Below, in pieces: positions 21,600-34,973 of a stretch of 64,000 nt of DNA. The position numbers were made by a program, and so were the translations under genes. Each line of letters starts with the position of its first letter. The stretch's first letter is position 1. The stretch is from Gonapodya sp. JEL0774 (lineage: Eukaryota), in assembly GCA_027604505.1 (NCBI GenBank), contig JADIIX010000025.1:62001-126000 (forward strand), written 5' to 3'. The notes under the pieces were generated by a model. It was given only the letters and a program-made list of their open reading frames with translations, was not told the origin of the DNA and did not search any database.

Positions 21600-23487
21600 A
21601 TGACCCCGGAATTCAGCGGCGACGGTCATCGAATGACGTGTTCTTGCGGCAATACTCGAATCACGAGTGCGGCATCGTTCCCGGCGCCGCTCTCTCGTGA
21701 CCAGATGCCCGCAGACACGATGCCCGTCTTTGATACCTTTCCATCTGATCATTTCTCCGAGACCCTCATAGTGGTCCAAATCGGGCGAGACGCTGCCCAT
21801 CTCTCAATACTGTACCCGTTTCTGGTGTCTAGCGTTCCTCTGCAATCTCCAAAGGCCGACGGAACCAACGTGTGGAGCGCTGTTGCCTGTGGGATCTGCC
21901 AGTCCTCCAGCGTTGAGAAACCACTCTTTTATTGGAAAGGGCTGTCTTTGGATGCTGTTGTAGAATCAGATGCAGCTTCATATCAGATCCTCGTTACGGA
22001 TACGGCAAAAGTGCGTGATTATAGCACCCACCAAATTATCTCGCAACAATTAGAGTGAATCTGACGCAATCGCACCGCACAATAAAGGTTGATAAGGTCT
22101 TCGAGGCTGATCCTGCCTTTTCTCCTGCGTTTGGAATCTGTATCCCCGGAGGGATTTCGGAACTGGACCCGCAGGATGATGATACTTCGGACGACGGTGA
22201 GCTCCGACCCCGCGAATTCATGATCTCGTTAGTTGTTTTATTCGTGCGTTTCATTGCACTTTGCGCTTTATAGATGATCCCAACTCCAGTCTCTCTTCAA
22301 TATTCCAATCCTACGCTTCATCACAACGCCTCCTCACCGAAACCCGCATCGCGCGGTTCCGCGAAGAGCAGTTGCTTGCTTACCATCGCCTTTTGGTCGC
22401 CGCAAGGAGTGGCAAGCGATTCCTGGAGTCTCGCCTTGAGTTACTACAAGCGGCCGCAGCGGCCCGCCGAAAATATGGTTTCGATTCCATCCCCTCCAGC
22501 TCCGCGCCTGTACCAGGAATCACACGAGTGACGAGTGTGCCCTCGACTCACATTCATCGTGAACCCCTTCAGCCATCGCCCAGGCGAACTTCGTCTGCAC
22601 TCTCTACCAGTTTGAGCAATCCATCTTATCTGGCGAACCGTCCTTCACCCAAACCACCGGCAGCCGTGACGCCAGTCTCCCTACCTCCTGCCACGCCAAT
22701 AGCAGACTTTGCCTCAACAGAAAATGCCTCATCTTCAGACGATCTGGACGCGCCCAAGATTCAATCTAAAGGGAAGGATCCAGAAACCAAAGAGCCGCTA
22801 GAGGTCACCGTGATTGTGTCGCCTGGCCCTGGCGTGAAAGCGAGAGTTCACTTTCACTCAGAGATCAAGGATCCACGTACCACCAGGATCAAGGGAAAAG
22901 AAAAGGAACGATCAAGAAGTAACGTGCCTGATCAGAATGGTCAGTCGACGGCATACAAACTCTTTTGGCATTGACATTGGTTCCCCAAATGTTAATCATC
23001 TGATTACACTTGAATTCAGGGATCTTTGCCCTCGAAGGTTTTGAGTCTGAAATGGAGAGACCATCCTCGACCCAGGATGAACCTGACGCAGGGCTCGAGG
23101 ACGACTCGCCGGATGAAGCACCCAGTAAGTGACGCGTCCGAGGAGCCACCTAATTTCCGGCACTCATCCATGGATCTAGCGTTTGTCGCCCGATCCCCCC
23201 TCTCTCAGGGTACACTCCATGTACACCCCTCACCAGGAGCTGCGTCCATCTCCCTTTCCACGTCCCTCCCGGTCTCAATTCCTACCCTCGTCCGCGCCAC
23301 ATCTCCTGGTGTCTCATCGTCCAAGTTTGGTCCTTCCTCTCACCCTAGGCTTGTACCAGCTGACACGGATTCCGAGGGATTCGTTGCACCTCACATCATA
23401 GTGCAAAGGGAGAGAGCCGAGGAAGCTGGCGAGTTTGACAGGCCGATAGCGGCAAGTGTGCGGAAGATTGGGATCTGGGTGGAGTGA
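21600..23487 (+). CDS. Hypothetical protein, possible PRAS40/Lobe (AKT1S1)-like
   Basis: Multi-exon gene with N-terminal TCSCGN...CGIC, a central helix ETRIARFREEQLLAYHRLL, IFALE, STSLPVSIP and FVAPH. The family assignment is from recalled motifs only. Confidence 0.45.
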
Positions 23488-23873
23488 TGATCGGCGACTG
23501 TCTACCGACTCTTTCTGTGTTTTGAGACTGCATGCATTCTGGTCAGATCCATGTTCCATTCACCTTCGTTCCTTTCCACTCATGCTACGTAAAGTGAGGT
23601 TAGTCACACTCGTGTACGGGTTACATAATATCGTATAGAAGAATATGCAAATTGCTGGTTCAGTGATCACAGGGCGCTGCCACATTTATTGGCGCCCCAC
23701 GCCGGCTTCTCATCTCGTTCCCTCGAGGAGATAATGAACATAAATGATAACGGATCCAACTGAGCGCGTTTATTGCAAAGAGCTGATAGACTTTCGATTC
23801 GCTTTTCACTGCTTGGAGGGCATCCACCAGCCCTCACTCAACTACACCTTCATTTGTGAGTCCAACAGCCATA

Positions 23874-25811
23874 TCATACTACAAACCGCCATATCCTCAC
23901 CACCCCATCATCGCCTCCACTTGCCAGCAACCACCTCTTGCCTTCCTTATCCGCTTCCCCGGTCTTCCCTGCCGCGTCGTTCCATGCAACGCAGTTCACA
24001 TCGAAGGCACCGTGAGGGTGGGTGAGATGGGCGGTGGGGAGGAGCTTAGACGTGGAAGGCTACAATCGTGGAACGTGTAATCGTTTAGGCTGAGGTGTTA
24101 AAAATCAGCGACAAACTCACGTCCACAGTGTAGATGTGAACGGCATTATCCCCTCCGCCCGTCGCCACACACCCGTTCTCCACATTCTTGCTCCAGCTCA
24201 CACTATACACTGGTCGCGTGTGCGCTTTCTCCACCTTTGCCGATTCCACCAACTTGGTCTTGCTCCGACTCCCTCCCACCCCTCCGCTCTCCTCCACCTT
24301 GTACACCCTCACACCCCCATCCTCATTCCCAACTACTAAGTTCTTTCCATCGCCATCCCAATCCACTTCCCACACTGTGCCACCTTTGCAATCCAACAAA
24401 GCCACTTGCTCCCACTCATCCGAGTCCAGGTTTTCCCTCCATAGGCGAATCGTATCATCGTAAGAGACAGAGGCCAAAGTGGTTGTCGAGGCGTTAAAGC
24501 GAAGAGATTTTACGTCGGCGGTGTGATCTTGGAGGACGGAGAGGCAAGAGAACTCCGGCGGTTGGGATGTGGGATCGGCTGAGAGGTAAAGAGGAGCGAG
24601 AAATGGCAGTGAGCGGGAACACTTGCAAACTTCCATCGATCGAGAATACGAAGATCTGAGTTGTCCGATTGGCTGAACCAGTCACCATCTCCAGGCCTGC
24701 TTGTAAACCTTGTCTCACTTCATTCCCTGAGTCCGCAAAAGAGCTTTGGAATTTTCCGCTTGCTTTTGCTGCACCATACGAAAATTTCACCCAACCGTCA
24801 ACAGTAGAACTCACCTTCCCATATCCATACACTCTTATCCCTCCCACAAGTCGCGACCACCCCATCACCCCAGCTTACCGCCTTAACTTCATTCTCATGT
24901 CCCTCCAATACAGCGACACAGGGCCACTCATCCTGACCCCCGTCATCTTCAAATTGCATTCCCAATCCAGGACCCGCATCCCCGGAAAACATGGGCTCTG
25001 GTCGTTCCCAAACGGCGACCGTGGCGTCAAACGAGGCAGAAGCGAGGTAGGCTCCGGTGGGAGACCAGGTGATCCGCCGCACGGTGCGGGAGTGGGAACC
25101 GGAGAGGAGAGCGGTACAGTGCCAGGAGTTAGAGGTGTCCGGTGATTGTGGATTTGAGGTGATGGTATCGGTTAACTCGGTGGTTGGACTCAGTTCGGAC
25201 TTTCGGTGTAAGCCGAGGGAGAGCGGGAATGGGGGCGAGGGGAATGGTGTTCGGGGTTCAATTGCGGAGAGTACGTTTTCCAGTGAAACAACGACAGCGA
25301 GTCAAGTGTTGGAAAAAAACGTAGCCGTGGGTCAAAACGATGACCCGCGTCTTGGAAAGAATCTTTTCTTGTTTTAGTTATCTGCTTCAGTTCTCGAAAA
25401 AATGAATTGCCAGTGCGACCATTTCCACATGACTTCTCCAACCTGAGTCCCGTCATCCCTCGATCACCACCAACAGAAGCCCAGCAGCATAGCGATGTGA
25501 TGCACGCACCTTGAGTGGCATCCAGGACTTGGGTGATGCAGGCACCCATATGCGAACTGACTTGTCGCCAGAGCAAGTCGCCAGTTCTCGTCCCGACGGT
25601 GACCAGGCACAGTGCCAAACACGGTCGGTATGACCTACAGCCGTTCATTTGAGCGGGATGGCCAACCAAGCGGGGTTACAGCGAATCAAACGATTCACAA
25701 GGCAAAAGTGGTGGGCATCAGTTCTTTGCTCATGCAACGTCCATCGCACGGTACCGTCATGAGTGGCTCCACTTCACCTTTAAGTTCTGCCACAAGTTCC
25801 AATTTCGGCAT
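23874..25811 (-). CDS. CIA1: Cytosolic Fe-S assembly WD40 protein Cia1
   Basis: [24 protein letters not shown]...[53 protein letters not shown]...[22 protein letters not shown]...[21 protein letters not shown]...[14 protein letters not shown]. Confidence 0.93.
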
Positions 25812-26512
25812 CACTGCTGATGGGTTCAACTCCGGGGTCGATCTTTGCAACAAGATGATGATGGGGCAATTGGTCCGCCCACCTCGGCCAATTATCGTCA
25901 CCCCGCACTTTACGTAAATTTAATACGTCTCCAGTGGCAGAAGATGCACGCGACCATGTCATTTTATAGTTGCAGAGTGGTGAGGGAATTTTCGTCATTA
26001 TTCGGTTAGTTACACAATGACTTCAGGAGTACCGCCGCGCGAGCATCTCGCAGTTTCTCCACTATGTAGAAAAGGCAACTGTTCTGCTAGGGCTCTGCCA
26101 GTCTTGATCTCCACACTTTGATAGTGGATGACCTAAGAGCGGCATGCCTACGACATCCATTACATTGTATAAGTTATCGTCCGCGTCTAACACAAGTGCT
26201 TGGTATTTTTACCGATTTATCGAGTGGGAAGAGCATGCCAAATTATGCGAACGTCGTAATTTTGTTTCATGGAATCCGTGTTCTGGTGTAAACGAAGCAT
26301 CGACGCTTTGGGGCGTCCACCCAAGTGCCGAAGTATTCTGCCTTTGTCTGAGTCGAGGACCACGATTACCGTGGTTTCTTCTCCAGTGTTCCGGCATCTG
26401 GCAACCGCTGAGATTGTGAGTCTGCGGCAATTCGAATGCGGGAAATGCGTTTGATTTGGACGGTTAATGAATCCAGAATCACACTTCGATAAGTGTTTTC
26501 ACTTGCCAGACT

Positions 26513-28165
26513 ATGTCTGTTTCTCTCCCTTCCTCGTCTGGCTCCAAATCCAAATATCTCTCGCTGCTGACTGCCGCCGACGTCGATGTAGCTGGTCCAG
26601 ACGTATATGAGACTCCTGACGTTGAACCTCGTTCGAGGGCCGATTCCGCCTCCAAGGGTGGCATAGGCAGTCGATCTTCCGAATTTTCGTCGAGGAGAGT
26701 GAATTTGTATTCAGGGAGTGTGACTGAACTGGAGCAGTACGCGGGAGAGTCGGACGAGGATGAGGAGTATGACGGGGTGCATTCTGCCATTTCAAGGGCT
26801 AGACTGGATGTGTCCCGAGCCACGCACCGGTTTGTGGCGGCCGATAAAGACGGTGTCGGAGATCCTTCCGGACTGGCCTACGTGAGCGCACCTCGTGCGG
26901 GGATCGGCAGACGACGTATCAAGGTCGTCGACGAGGTCACAGGACCGGACATGGAGGACGAGACCCTGGAAACCCCGACCGAGAGACTCGCTCGTCTCAA
27001 AGCTGAACTGTACGATCTACGGGTGCACCTGCAGTCTAAAGCTGAACCGGCCAAGCCTTCTGCCGCTGATTCCTCGAAAGGCTCAAGCAAACCAACCGCC
27101 CCGTCGTATTCGTCGCTGCTGGCCAACGTGTCATCCCTCGAGACACAGCTGGATCATGTCGGGGGCCTTGTGGGGTCCTCTCAATCCAATTCAGATGTTA
27201 TCAAGGGAAATAGGGACGCTCGCTTGGAACGGGAACTTGTGGGTCGCATCAAGGCCCTCCAGACACTCCCGCAGCAAGTTTCTACTGGCACAGCATCCAA
27301 TATACGTGCTGCTTCTTCAGACTTGACTGCCGCAACTGCACCCCAACCAACGTCAGGAACACTCACCTACGAACTGCACTACACCCCTACAACATCCCGC
27401 CTCACCCACCTCTCCCGTCTCGCGCACCTTGAATCTCGTCTATCTGCCCTGGAAAAGCTCGTCGGTGCCTCGGATATTCTATTGCGGGACCTACCTGACG
27501 CCGGACTCAACACGGGTACCCTACCAGGTGTCCCAGGCCAACCCACCGTGCTTGCCACCCTTGCCAGGCTCGACGATTTGCTGACACTGGTCACGTCTAA
27601 GCCAGCAATGGATGCTCTTATACCTCGAGTGCGCCGCTTGGTCGCGGAGCTGGAACGGGCTACGGAGCTTACTTCGAGGGGAGGTGGCGGTCGTGATAGC
27701 AGTGCTGCCCCGGGCCGAGGTTCGCAGTCCTCGGTTCCAAGCTCTCCTATTCGCACCGCTCAGCCCACCAGCCCAACGATGACCGCGTCAACTCTGCCAG
27801 GGGGCACTGAGGATGAGGACCCGCAACTCTCCGACCCGGGGGTTGCTGCTCGGGTCGCCCACCTCCACTCCCTCCTCGCCCCACTCTCCCCAATGATTCC
27901 TGCCCTTCCGCACCTCGTCAGCCGTCTCCGCGCCCTCCGTGGTCTTCACGGGGAGCAAGCCCGATTGGCCGCGACCGTTGCGGCTCTGAGTGAGTCGCAA
28001 AAGGGCGTAGAAGGGGAAGTCAAGAGGCTTACCGAGGTTTTGGGAAAAGTTGATGTTGGCATGAAGGAGACGGAGGAGAGGGTAAAGGGAAACGTGGAGG
28101 AGGTGGCGAGGAGGTGGGAGGAGTTGATCGCAAGGTGGGAGAAGGTGAAAGTGGTTTCAAAGTAG
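26513..28165 (+). CDS. DCTN2: Dynactin subunit p50 / dynamitin
   Basis: Intronless 550-aa ORF with KY...PDVYETPD, ETPTERLARLKAEL, LTYELHY, LESRLSALEKLVG, LPHLVSRLRALRGLH and a C-terminal coiled coil. Confidence 0.9.
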   Translation: MSVSLPSSSGSKSKYLSLLTAADVDVAGPDVYETPDVEPRSRADSASKGGIGSRSSEFSSRRVNLYSGSVTELEQYAGESDEDEEYDGVHSAISRARLDVSRATHRFVAADKDGVGDPSGLAYVSAPRAGIGRRRIKVVDEVTGPDMEDETLETPTERLARLKAELYDLRVHLQSKAEPAKPSAADSSKGSSKPTAPSYSSLLANVSSLETQLDHVGGLVGSSQSNSDVIKGNRDARLERELVGRIKALQTLPQQVSTGTASNIRAASSDLTAATAPQPTSGTLTYELHYTPTTSRLTHLSRLAHLESRLSALEKLVGASDILLRDLPDAGLNTGTLPGVPGQPTVLATLARLDDLLTLVTSKPAMDALIPRVRRLVAELERATELTSRGGGGRDSSAAPGRGSQSSVPSSPIRTAQPTSPTMTASTLPGGTEDEDPQLSDPGVAARVAHLHSLLAPLSPMIPALPHLVSRLRALRGLHGEQARLAATVAALSESQKGVEGEVKRLTEVLGKVDVGMKETEERVKGNVEEVARRWEELIARWEKVKVVSK

Positions 28166-28770
28166 CGTAAGCGGACGTGATTGAATAGAAAAGATACTAG
28201 TGTTTCTAGATTGCAGTACCGAACTTTGTGGTACCGAATCTTGAACGACATCGAATGAGGACGTAATTATTCAATATGTTTGCCAGAATCTCCAATCGAT
28301 TAATTTCACTGCCAGCTCCACAGTCTTCTTTGTATAGTTTGTATACGTGAAGTAAGCCAAGGCTCCCAGTCCTCAGTTAGGCTACGACTCTAACTTTGTT
28401 TATGTACGACATTGGCTTAAACTCATAAAGTACGCTTTCCAAAACACAGCTGACCAGAGAATGGAAGTAGAAGAAAAAAGACTAGTACAATGTTCGGACC
28501 CTGCAGAGTGTAGAGTGCACTCATCGCTGACCCCAGCCAATGGCACGAATGTACCCCCCTACTTGAATGCTACCCGGACATGCCATTCAAAGCCTCGGGT
28601 ATTCACCGCAGAACTCCAAGTCAAATTAAGTCACTGCAGTTACTGCTTACGGATCAACTCTCAAAGTCCCAGAGTGCGATACAAACGACTCCACCACACG
28701 CCCCCATTCACCTCAAATGGCCAGTCCAGATATTCTCCATACATGAATGTGTGCCCTTTTTGTTTCGCCA

Positions 28771-31326
28771 TCAAGCTGCGGTCCTCGACCTGTTCTGTCC
28801 GGTCTTCCGCCTGCTCACGTACGCCTCAGGGAACACTCCTTCTTGGCCTGTAGCGAGATCCACTCCACGGGCCCAGCTATTTAGCGGAGTTAGGGTCATA
28901 GTTAAGTTCGGTGGGAGAGACATGTGTAATGGGAGAGATTGCGTTGTGTGGCTGTCAGCGCACTGGGCGAAGATAGCAACTAGCACGGGGAAAATTTAAC
29001 CGAGCAACTCACCCGTCACCATATCGGGCAATCACCTGGATTTTCGACGAGGGTACAAGGCGGAGATCACCTTGGAACTGGGGCTGTTGTTTCGTCGGGA
29101 GTCCGTGGTGGCAAATCAATGGTCAAGCCCGGCACGTTGACGGCGCGAAACAAAACTTCGACTACATCTTCGACCCACCTCATATGGTGCAACCACTCTT
29201 GCCAGATCCATTTTGACTCTGCCGGAACCCGATCCCGCACTACTGTAACCCCCCGCATCGGAGTCGCTCCACTCTGTTTCGCTAAGGTACATCGAGCCCC
29301 GCTTTGGGGGCGCGAGGCGATGGGATGGTGTGAGCAATTGTGTGGGGTTAGACGGGCTGGCAGGAGGTGAGTCATGCGACAGGCGGCGGGAGCCGGAGTT
29401 CAGGGATGAGGAAGAGTGTTTGGATGTGAGGAGGGGCTTGGTGGACAAGGTACCAGAGGGCGTACGATTGTATGATGCGGAGCTTGGAGCGAGAGCGAGG
29501 TTATTGACCGAGGGTGGTTTGTTGGTGGTGGTGGGGTGGCTGCCACCGCCAATGGTACCTGAAGGGGTTCGAGTGTAGGTTCCGGAATGGGTTAGAGATT
29601 GCCCTTGTGGACTAGGAGAAGTAGCGAGGCTTCCCGAAGGAGTGCGCCACGTGCCCGAAGGAGTTTGGTAGTGGCCTGCCGGTGGGGTACTAGAGATGGT
29701 GCCTGACGGGGTGCGCCACTGGCCCGAAGGAGTTTGCCGATGGCCCGAAGATGGAGAGCCGCTGAGCGTTCCCGAGGGGCTTCGAAACATGCCCTGAGGT
29801 GATGCCGCGCCCAGAGTGGCAGAAGGACTGGGCGATGTCGCTTGCCCCTGAGTTGGTGACACAGGGGGCCACATGTACGTCACCGCCGGAGAGGCAGTTG
29901 ATGACCGGCGGCCATCAGAAAGCGTGGGTGACGAGGGAGGCTGTTGACCGGCCGGGGGAGAAAGCGTTCCTGAAGCTGATGCGGAGGCCGGGTAGTTTGG
30001 AAGTGGGCTTGGACTGGGTGAATGGCCGACAGGGTATGGGCTGGGAGAGGCCCCTTGAGGGTATGGCGACAGCTGGCCCGAGTTACTGCCAGGGTAAGGT
30101 GACTGTGCGTACAGGGCTGTGTACCCAGAGTCTGGGGTAGCGGTGCCGTACATGCTGGCCTGCCGAACTCTTCGGGCGTCAACCTGGTCAATAACAGCGC
30201 CACGGGGGCCAGTGGCGGATGTGCTGCTTGGGGGTGGTGTGTAGGGTACTGGTGAGAATCCTGACTGGTTGTAGGAAGACGGTGTACCGGTTCCGGACTG
30301 GTTGGTGTAGAACGAAGCGGAGGAGGTGGAGACGGTGGACGCATAGTCGGTTGGAGGTAACGATGCGGGTGACATGACAGCGCTGAGGCGACTACTGTTG
30401 TTTGTTGGATAAAATGGGTCCGAGGATGTGGAGGGATGGGACTTCGAAGACTATTTGATGGTGGACGGTGGGGAGGACAGTACAAAATGGGATTTGAAAT
30501 TACAGATCGGGCAATTGTCAGAGTGCGAAGCCCGGTAGCTTGCACATTTTGAATGTAGACTTGCAGGGATGCATACCTTTCTATTTTGCGAACCGCCGGC
30601 TGCATGGCTGTCCTGCGGCTTTTTGGAACGGGACTTCTTGAGTGGTACGTCGGCGGGTTCCTTGGTTCGCCTTCTCGCCAGGATGATGATCGTAATCGCG
30701 ATTATTATCACAAGTACTCCAACAACGATTGCTATGAGGATTGGAATGGTGAGTTTACCACCGAAAAGACCGTTTTCTGCTTGCACCGCGTCTGTGGGCA
30801 AGGTCAACGAAGCGGCGGCAGCGGCAGGGGTCGAACTGGGTGAAGCTGAAGAGGATGAAGAAGTCACTGCGGAAGGAGAGGCTAAACGGCCCGCTGTCGT
30901 GGAGGATGCGCGCGCCTGTGACGTCGTGGTCAGGGCTGCTGTGGTGGAGACACTGACAATAGGAGGAGAGGACGTCCCCGTTCCTTCCACAGAAGAAGAC
31001 GATATTGCAGCTGATGATGCCACAGATGATATCTGGGTTGGTGTTTGTGTCGCTTCCGTCACACTCGGGGTGTCGGACACAGTCGAAGGCGGTGGCTGGA
31101 GAACATCCGTTGACGACAATACCAACGCGCTAGACGTATCCACCGCAGATAGCACCGTATCTGTGCTCTGTCCGACGACCGATGTCGCCATCACCACCGC
31201 CAGTGCAAAGACGAGACCTAAAACTGTCCCTGTCCTGGAGACTCGCGACAATATCCGCGAACCCGGTGATCGAAGAGAACTCTCTGCCGAGTTTGGAAAG
31301 TTCGTTTTGCTTGTCATTTTCCCCAT
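28771..31326 (-). CDS. Type I membrane protein: signal peptide, Ser/Thr-rich ectodomain, TM, Pro/Ser-rich tail, C-terminal SH3 domain
   Basis: Signal-like LGLVFALAVVMATSVVG; TM IPILIAIVVGVLVIIIAITIIILARRR; SH3 motifs ARVVAPYE and WARGVDLATGQEGVFPEAYV. Confidence 0.8.
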
Positions 31327-32027
31327 TTTTTCCGGTCCACAAGAACAGAGGTCGCTCTCCGTTCTTTTGCTGATGGGGTGTGGCTGCCTTGTGCAAAGTC
31401 GGCCAAATCCTATTTGTTATATATTACGCCCTGTTACTGCATGTATATCCAAAACGCCCATACGCTCTTTTCGGCTGGAGGCTGCGCACTGACGATAGTA
31501 CAGCGTACAACTTTATCACATATCGTCGCAATTGCCGAGTGCATTTTTCGTCACCCGGGAAGAGCAGAACGACCAGGACTCGAAAACCACATACCTAGAA
31601 CGCACTCCGACGCGTAGGAACACTTTTTAGTATCATAGCGGGCACAATAATTCTAAAATTTTGAGAGTTACTTGTCGCGTTGATGTGGTCTCTGGTTGGT
31701 TGGTTCCTTTTCCGCCCACTCGACGGTCCAGTAGTGGCGCAGGGCTTGTGGTTGAGGTTTGCGTTAGTTTATCTTGAGAACAGCGCCTAAGAAGAGTGTT
31801 TGTAGTGATTTGTGCGGGGTTCTTCTGCAGGATATCGTATGTATGGGAGCAGTGTCGTAATCCTCTCATTCGAGTCCCTTATGTAATTACTACAGAGATA
31901 ATGAAAATGACCGCAATGACTGCAATGCGACTACGTCACGGAAACTGTAAATATCTAACACAAACAATAGTTCCAGCTCAAACAGACTGTCTCCAAGCGT
32001 GCACCAGGCAGCTGACGACAATCAAAG

Positions 32028-33516
32028 TTATTCCTTGATATGTACAGGTGCTGGGACCTTTCTCCGCCTCCCGCTTACAGTTCGCATGGGCTCGAACCCG
32101 CCCTCATCGTCTCCGGTTGACGAATCCCCGCCTCCAAGCTCCCTCTCCGTTTTCCCGAGCCCATGACTAGCGAGCTTCGGTGGTAGTGAAACTGTTGCGC
32201 TCGTCGTTACTGGAAACGGTGGTGAGATCAACGACGAGGTGGAGTTCGTCCTGGTATGAGTGTCCAGGAACCCCTCAGAATTTATGCGGTAGGTGACAAG
32301 TCCTGGCTCTTGGTCCGTTATGTTTTGTTGGGATGTCGCCGTCCAAAGACTGTGATGTACAGAAGGAGGTTCTGATACGGTGCTTTGCGAAATCATTGAG
32401 GAACCTCGGAGGGAAACTGCGCGGTAGAGTATGGTTCCGGAATCGGGAGTCCGCGAGGACTCGGTGACTGAGATCAGATCAAATGTTGGCGCTAGACCGA
32501 TACCATATAATAAGACTTGTGCGGTTCCAGCCCCGATTATGCGCCCTATTTGTGCTCGTTACTCACTTATGCTTCTCATCTCCGGCACGGAAACCACCTT
32601 TCCGGAGTATCTGCTCGTTGTCACTCGTGTCCTCCTCCTCTTCCACACCAAAATCCCCACAATCAACGCCGCAAGAACCAAAGCACTCACAACACCCGCA
32701 ATAATAGTGGTCCTTGGCATCATTGAGGTGGGACTGTTGTTCGCCGATTGAACTTGAGCATTATCTACGATGTCCGTTGCAACGGGTGATACGTCAGATC
32801 GTAGAATCGAAGTTGGAAGAGATGGATTTTGAGAAATCAGGTCCGTCTGCAGCGCTGGAAGCATGAGCGTTGCAGTAGAAGTGAGTTTTTGTGTTGAATT
32901 TGATACATGTGCACCGAGTGCTGATACAGGTGTTGCGGACGCTGACACCGAGCCAGATGTTGCAGCTGCTGGGAACGGCGAAGGTGGTGTGTTGATACCG
33001 CCCTGAGTCGTGGCCGAAAGGGGAGGAGCAGAGTAACTCGTTTGAGTAGCGAGAGGCAGGGTTGTTGGCGGGACAGAAGAGGAGGGGGACAAGGCAGGCG
33101 GCGCAGGGGGAGGCGACGCAGGGGTTGGGCTTGGTGGTGGTGGGGCGGGTGGTGGGGCAGGAGGGGTTGGCGGCGGGGCTGGTGGCGGGGTTGGTGGCGG
33201 GGGTGGTGGTGGACTGTCCAGCCGAGACGAGCAGAGATAGCATGCATCGGCTCGGTTACCACACTTGCGATGTCTGCGTCACGAATTACAACACTCACGT
33301 CACCGGGGGAGGTGGGGAGCTGCAGGAGTTCCCGAGCACCAAATTCCCGTTCCTGCAACCGTACATATCACAGACGTAGCAGGCTTGCCCGCACTGCAAC
33401 ATCGTCCCAGTACACAAGTTTTGCGCTCTTCCTGTCCCTGCAGCGAGTGCGAAAAACGGCGCGATCACTCCCGGCCATTTGCGGAGCAACGATTGGGGTG
33501 CCTGAGGACGAGACAT
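32028..33516 (-). CDS. Type I membrane protein with CBM52-like Cys-rich N-terminal module, polyproline and Ser/Thr stalk
   Basis: Signal-like N-terminus, then LCTGTMLQCGQACYVCDMYGCRNGNL. Intron 33298-33214 joins in frame to PPPPPPPTPPPAPPP.... TM IIAGVVSALVLAALIVGILVW followed by KRRR. Confidence 0.7.
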
Positions 33517-34973
33517 GGACGATTTCGGAGCTACAAAAAGCACCAGGCTTTACAAAAATGTTGGGAATCGTCTCAGCTGGTCGTTCAAAGACGACACAGC
33601 GTATAAAGTGAGTTGGGTGGAAGCCGCGACTTCGCTTGTGGCTGCTGGCCTCATATATTCTCCGTACAACCGTCGAACCGCAAGAACTTTGCCCAAATTC
33701 GAACTCCACTAACAGCAAAGTCCACGAATTTTAGGCGAATTCACGGTATCGAGAGACATTGTGCCTCTGTTAGCTCTCGGCACTGTCGCTTGCCGGGTGA
33801 ACGTGTAACCATCGTTTCCCTTCCGTCGTAATCATCGAAATTCGGTTCTGAGCTTTGAGCTCTTTTTGACCCGATTGTGGAAACTCGTTCACATGGTACT
33901 CATGAGTGTTGTGTGTTAGTCGTCCCAAACTTTAATGCGTCCTCCTATGTGTGCCCCAAACACTGCAAGCTGCGGCAAGCCAGCCATTTCAGCTCTTTCT
34001 TGTGATTCATGTGGACCCCCGAAGCTGCATGCCTTTGAGATCATGTTCATCATAATCCGATCAAGGTGGTGCTAAGGATTTGCTGTAAGATGTGTGCAAA
34101 GGGAAAGCCGTCGCACACATTAATTGGTCGATTGAACCATTACAATCGGCTTGGAAAAGTTCAGCGCAAAGTTCAGTGCATCTGAGTGTGTTGATCGATT
34201 GCTGTTGTAACATCACACTCATTACACATGCGTCTACCCTGCGAACTTTAGACGGCGACCGAACTAATCAAAGTGTTGTCTGCCGCAGTTGGCAGTTGCT
34301 TGAACCGTGCTTGGGCCAAATTTGCAAGCTTTGGACTCAATTGTGCACCAAAGAATTTGATTTTGTCTTTTCTCAAGATTTATGAAAGGGCAATCCTCGT
34401 CGCTCATTTGTGGAAACGCCGCTTGCGGAGAAGGCAGCTCAGATCATCTGCCTGAACGCAGAACTCAATTTGTACATCAACGCCAACTCTCGCTGGAAGC
34501 CAACACCCCATCAGACAGACAATCTGTCGAAACGTGTAATGGCACTCCATTGCACATTTGGAAGTGAAAGAATATGCACCGCGATCGGAAAACCTCTCAG
34601 ACATTCTAGTAATACGAACCACTTCTCACATGAGTTCTCCCCAAAATTCTGGCTCACGTAAAGTCTTTGAGCTAAGACTATTGGAATATCCGGGTGGAGC
34701 ATGAAGTCCCCTGTATATTCTTCGAGTTTCAAAGCATCACGCGTTCCGGAAGTGCATCCCCCCGCTGTCAGCAAGGCAATAGCAGGTCCACGCCCTTCCG
34801 TCTACGTGAGCTAGGTGGACACGCAGGTAATTCTTTTGTAGTTCCATGGGTCCAATTCGGGGGTAGACGTTGTTCAGAGGTAGGTACTGATGGATTAGAG
34901 GGAAATCCTCGATGCTTGGGAACATTTTACGCATCGACGTTATGCAAAAGCATTCATTGCAGCGAAGATTTCA

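Noticed and set aside
30569..31492. 307-aa plus-strand ORF
   Set aside because: Antisense shadow of the Ser/Thr-rich exon on the minus strand.
33274..33298. Possible 25-nt ultra-short intron
   Set aside because: A normal 85-nt intron to the acceptor at 33214 restores the same frame.
33042..33611. Arg/Gly/Trp-rich ORF (GWWRGWWRG)
   Set aside because: Antisense reading of the polyproline tract.
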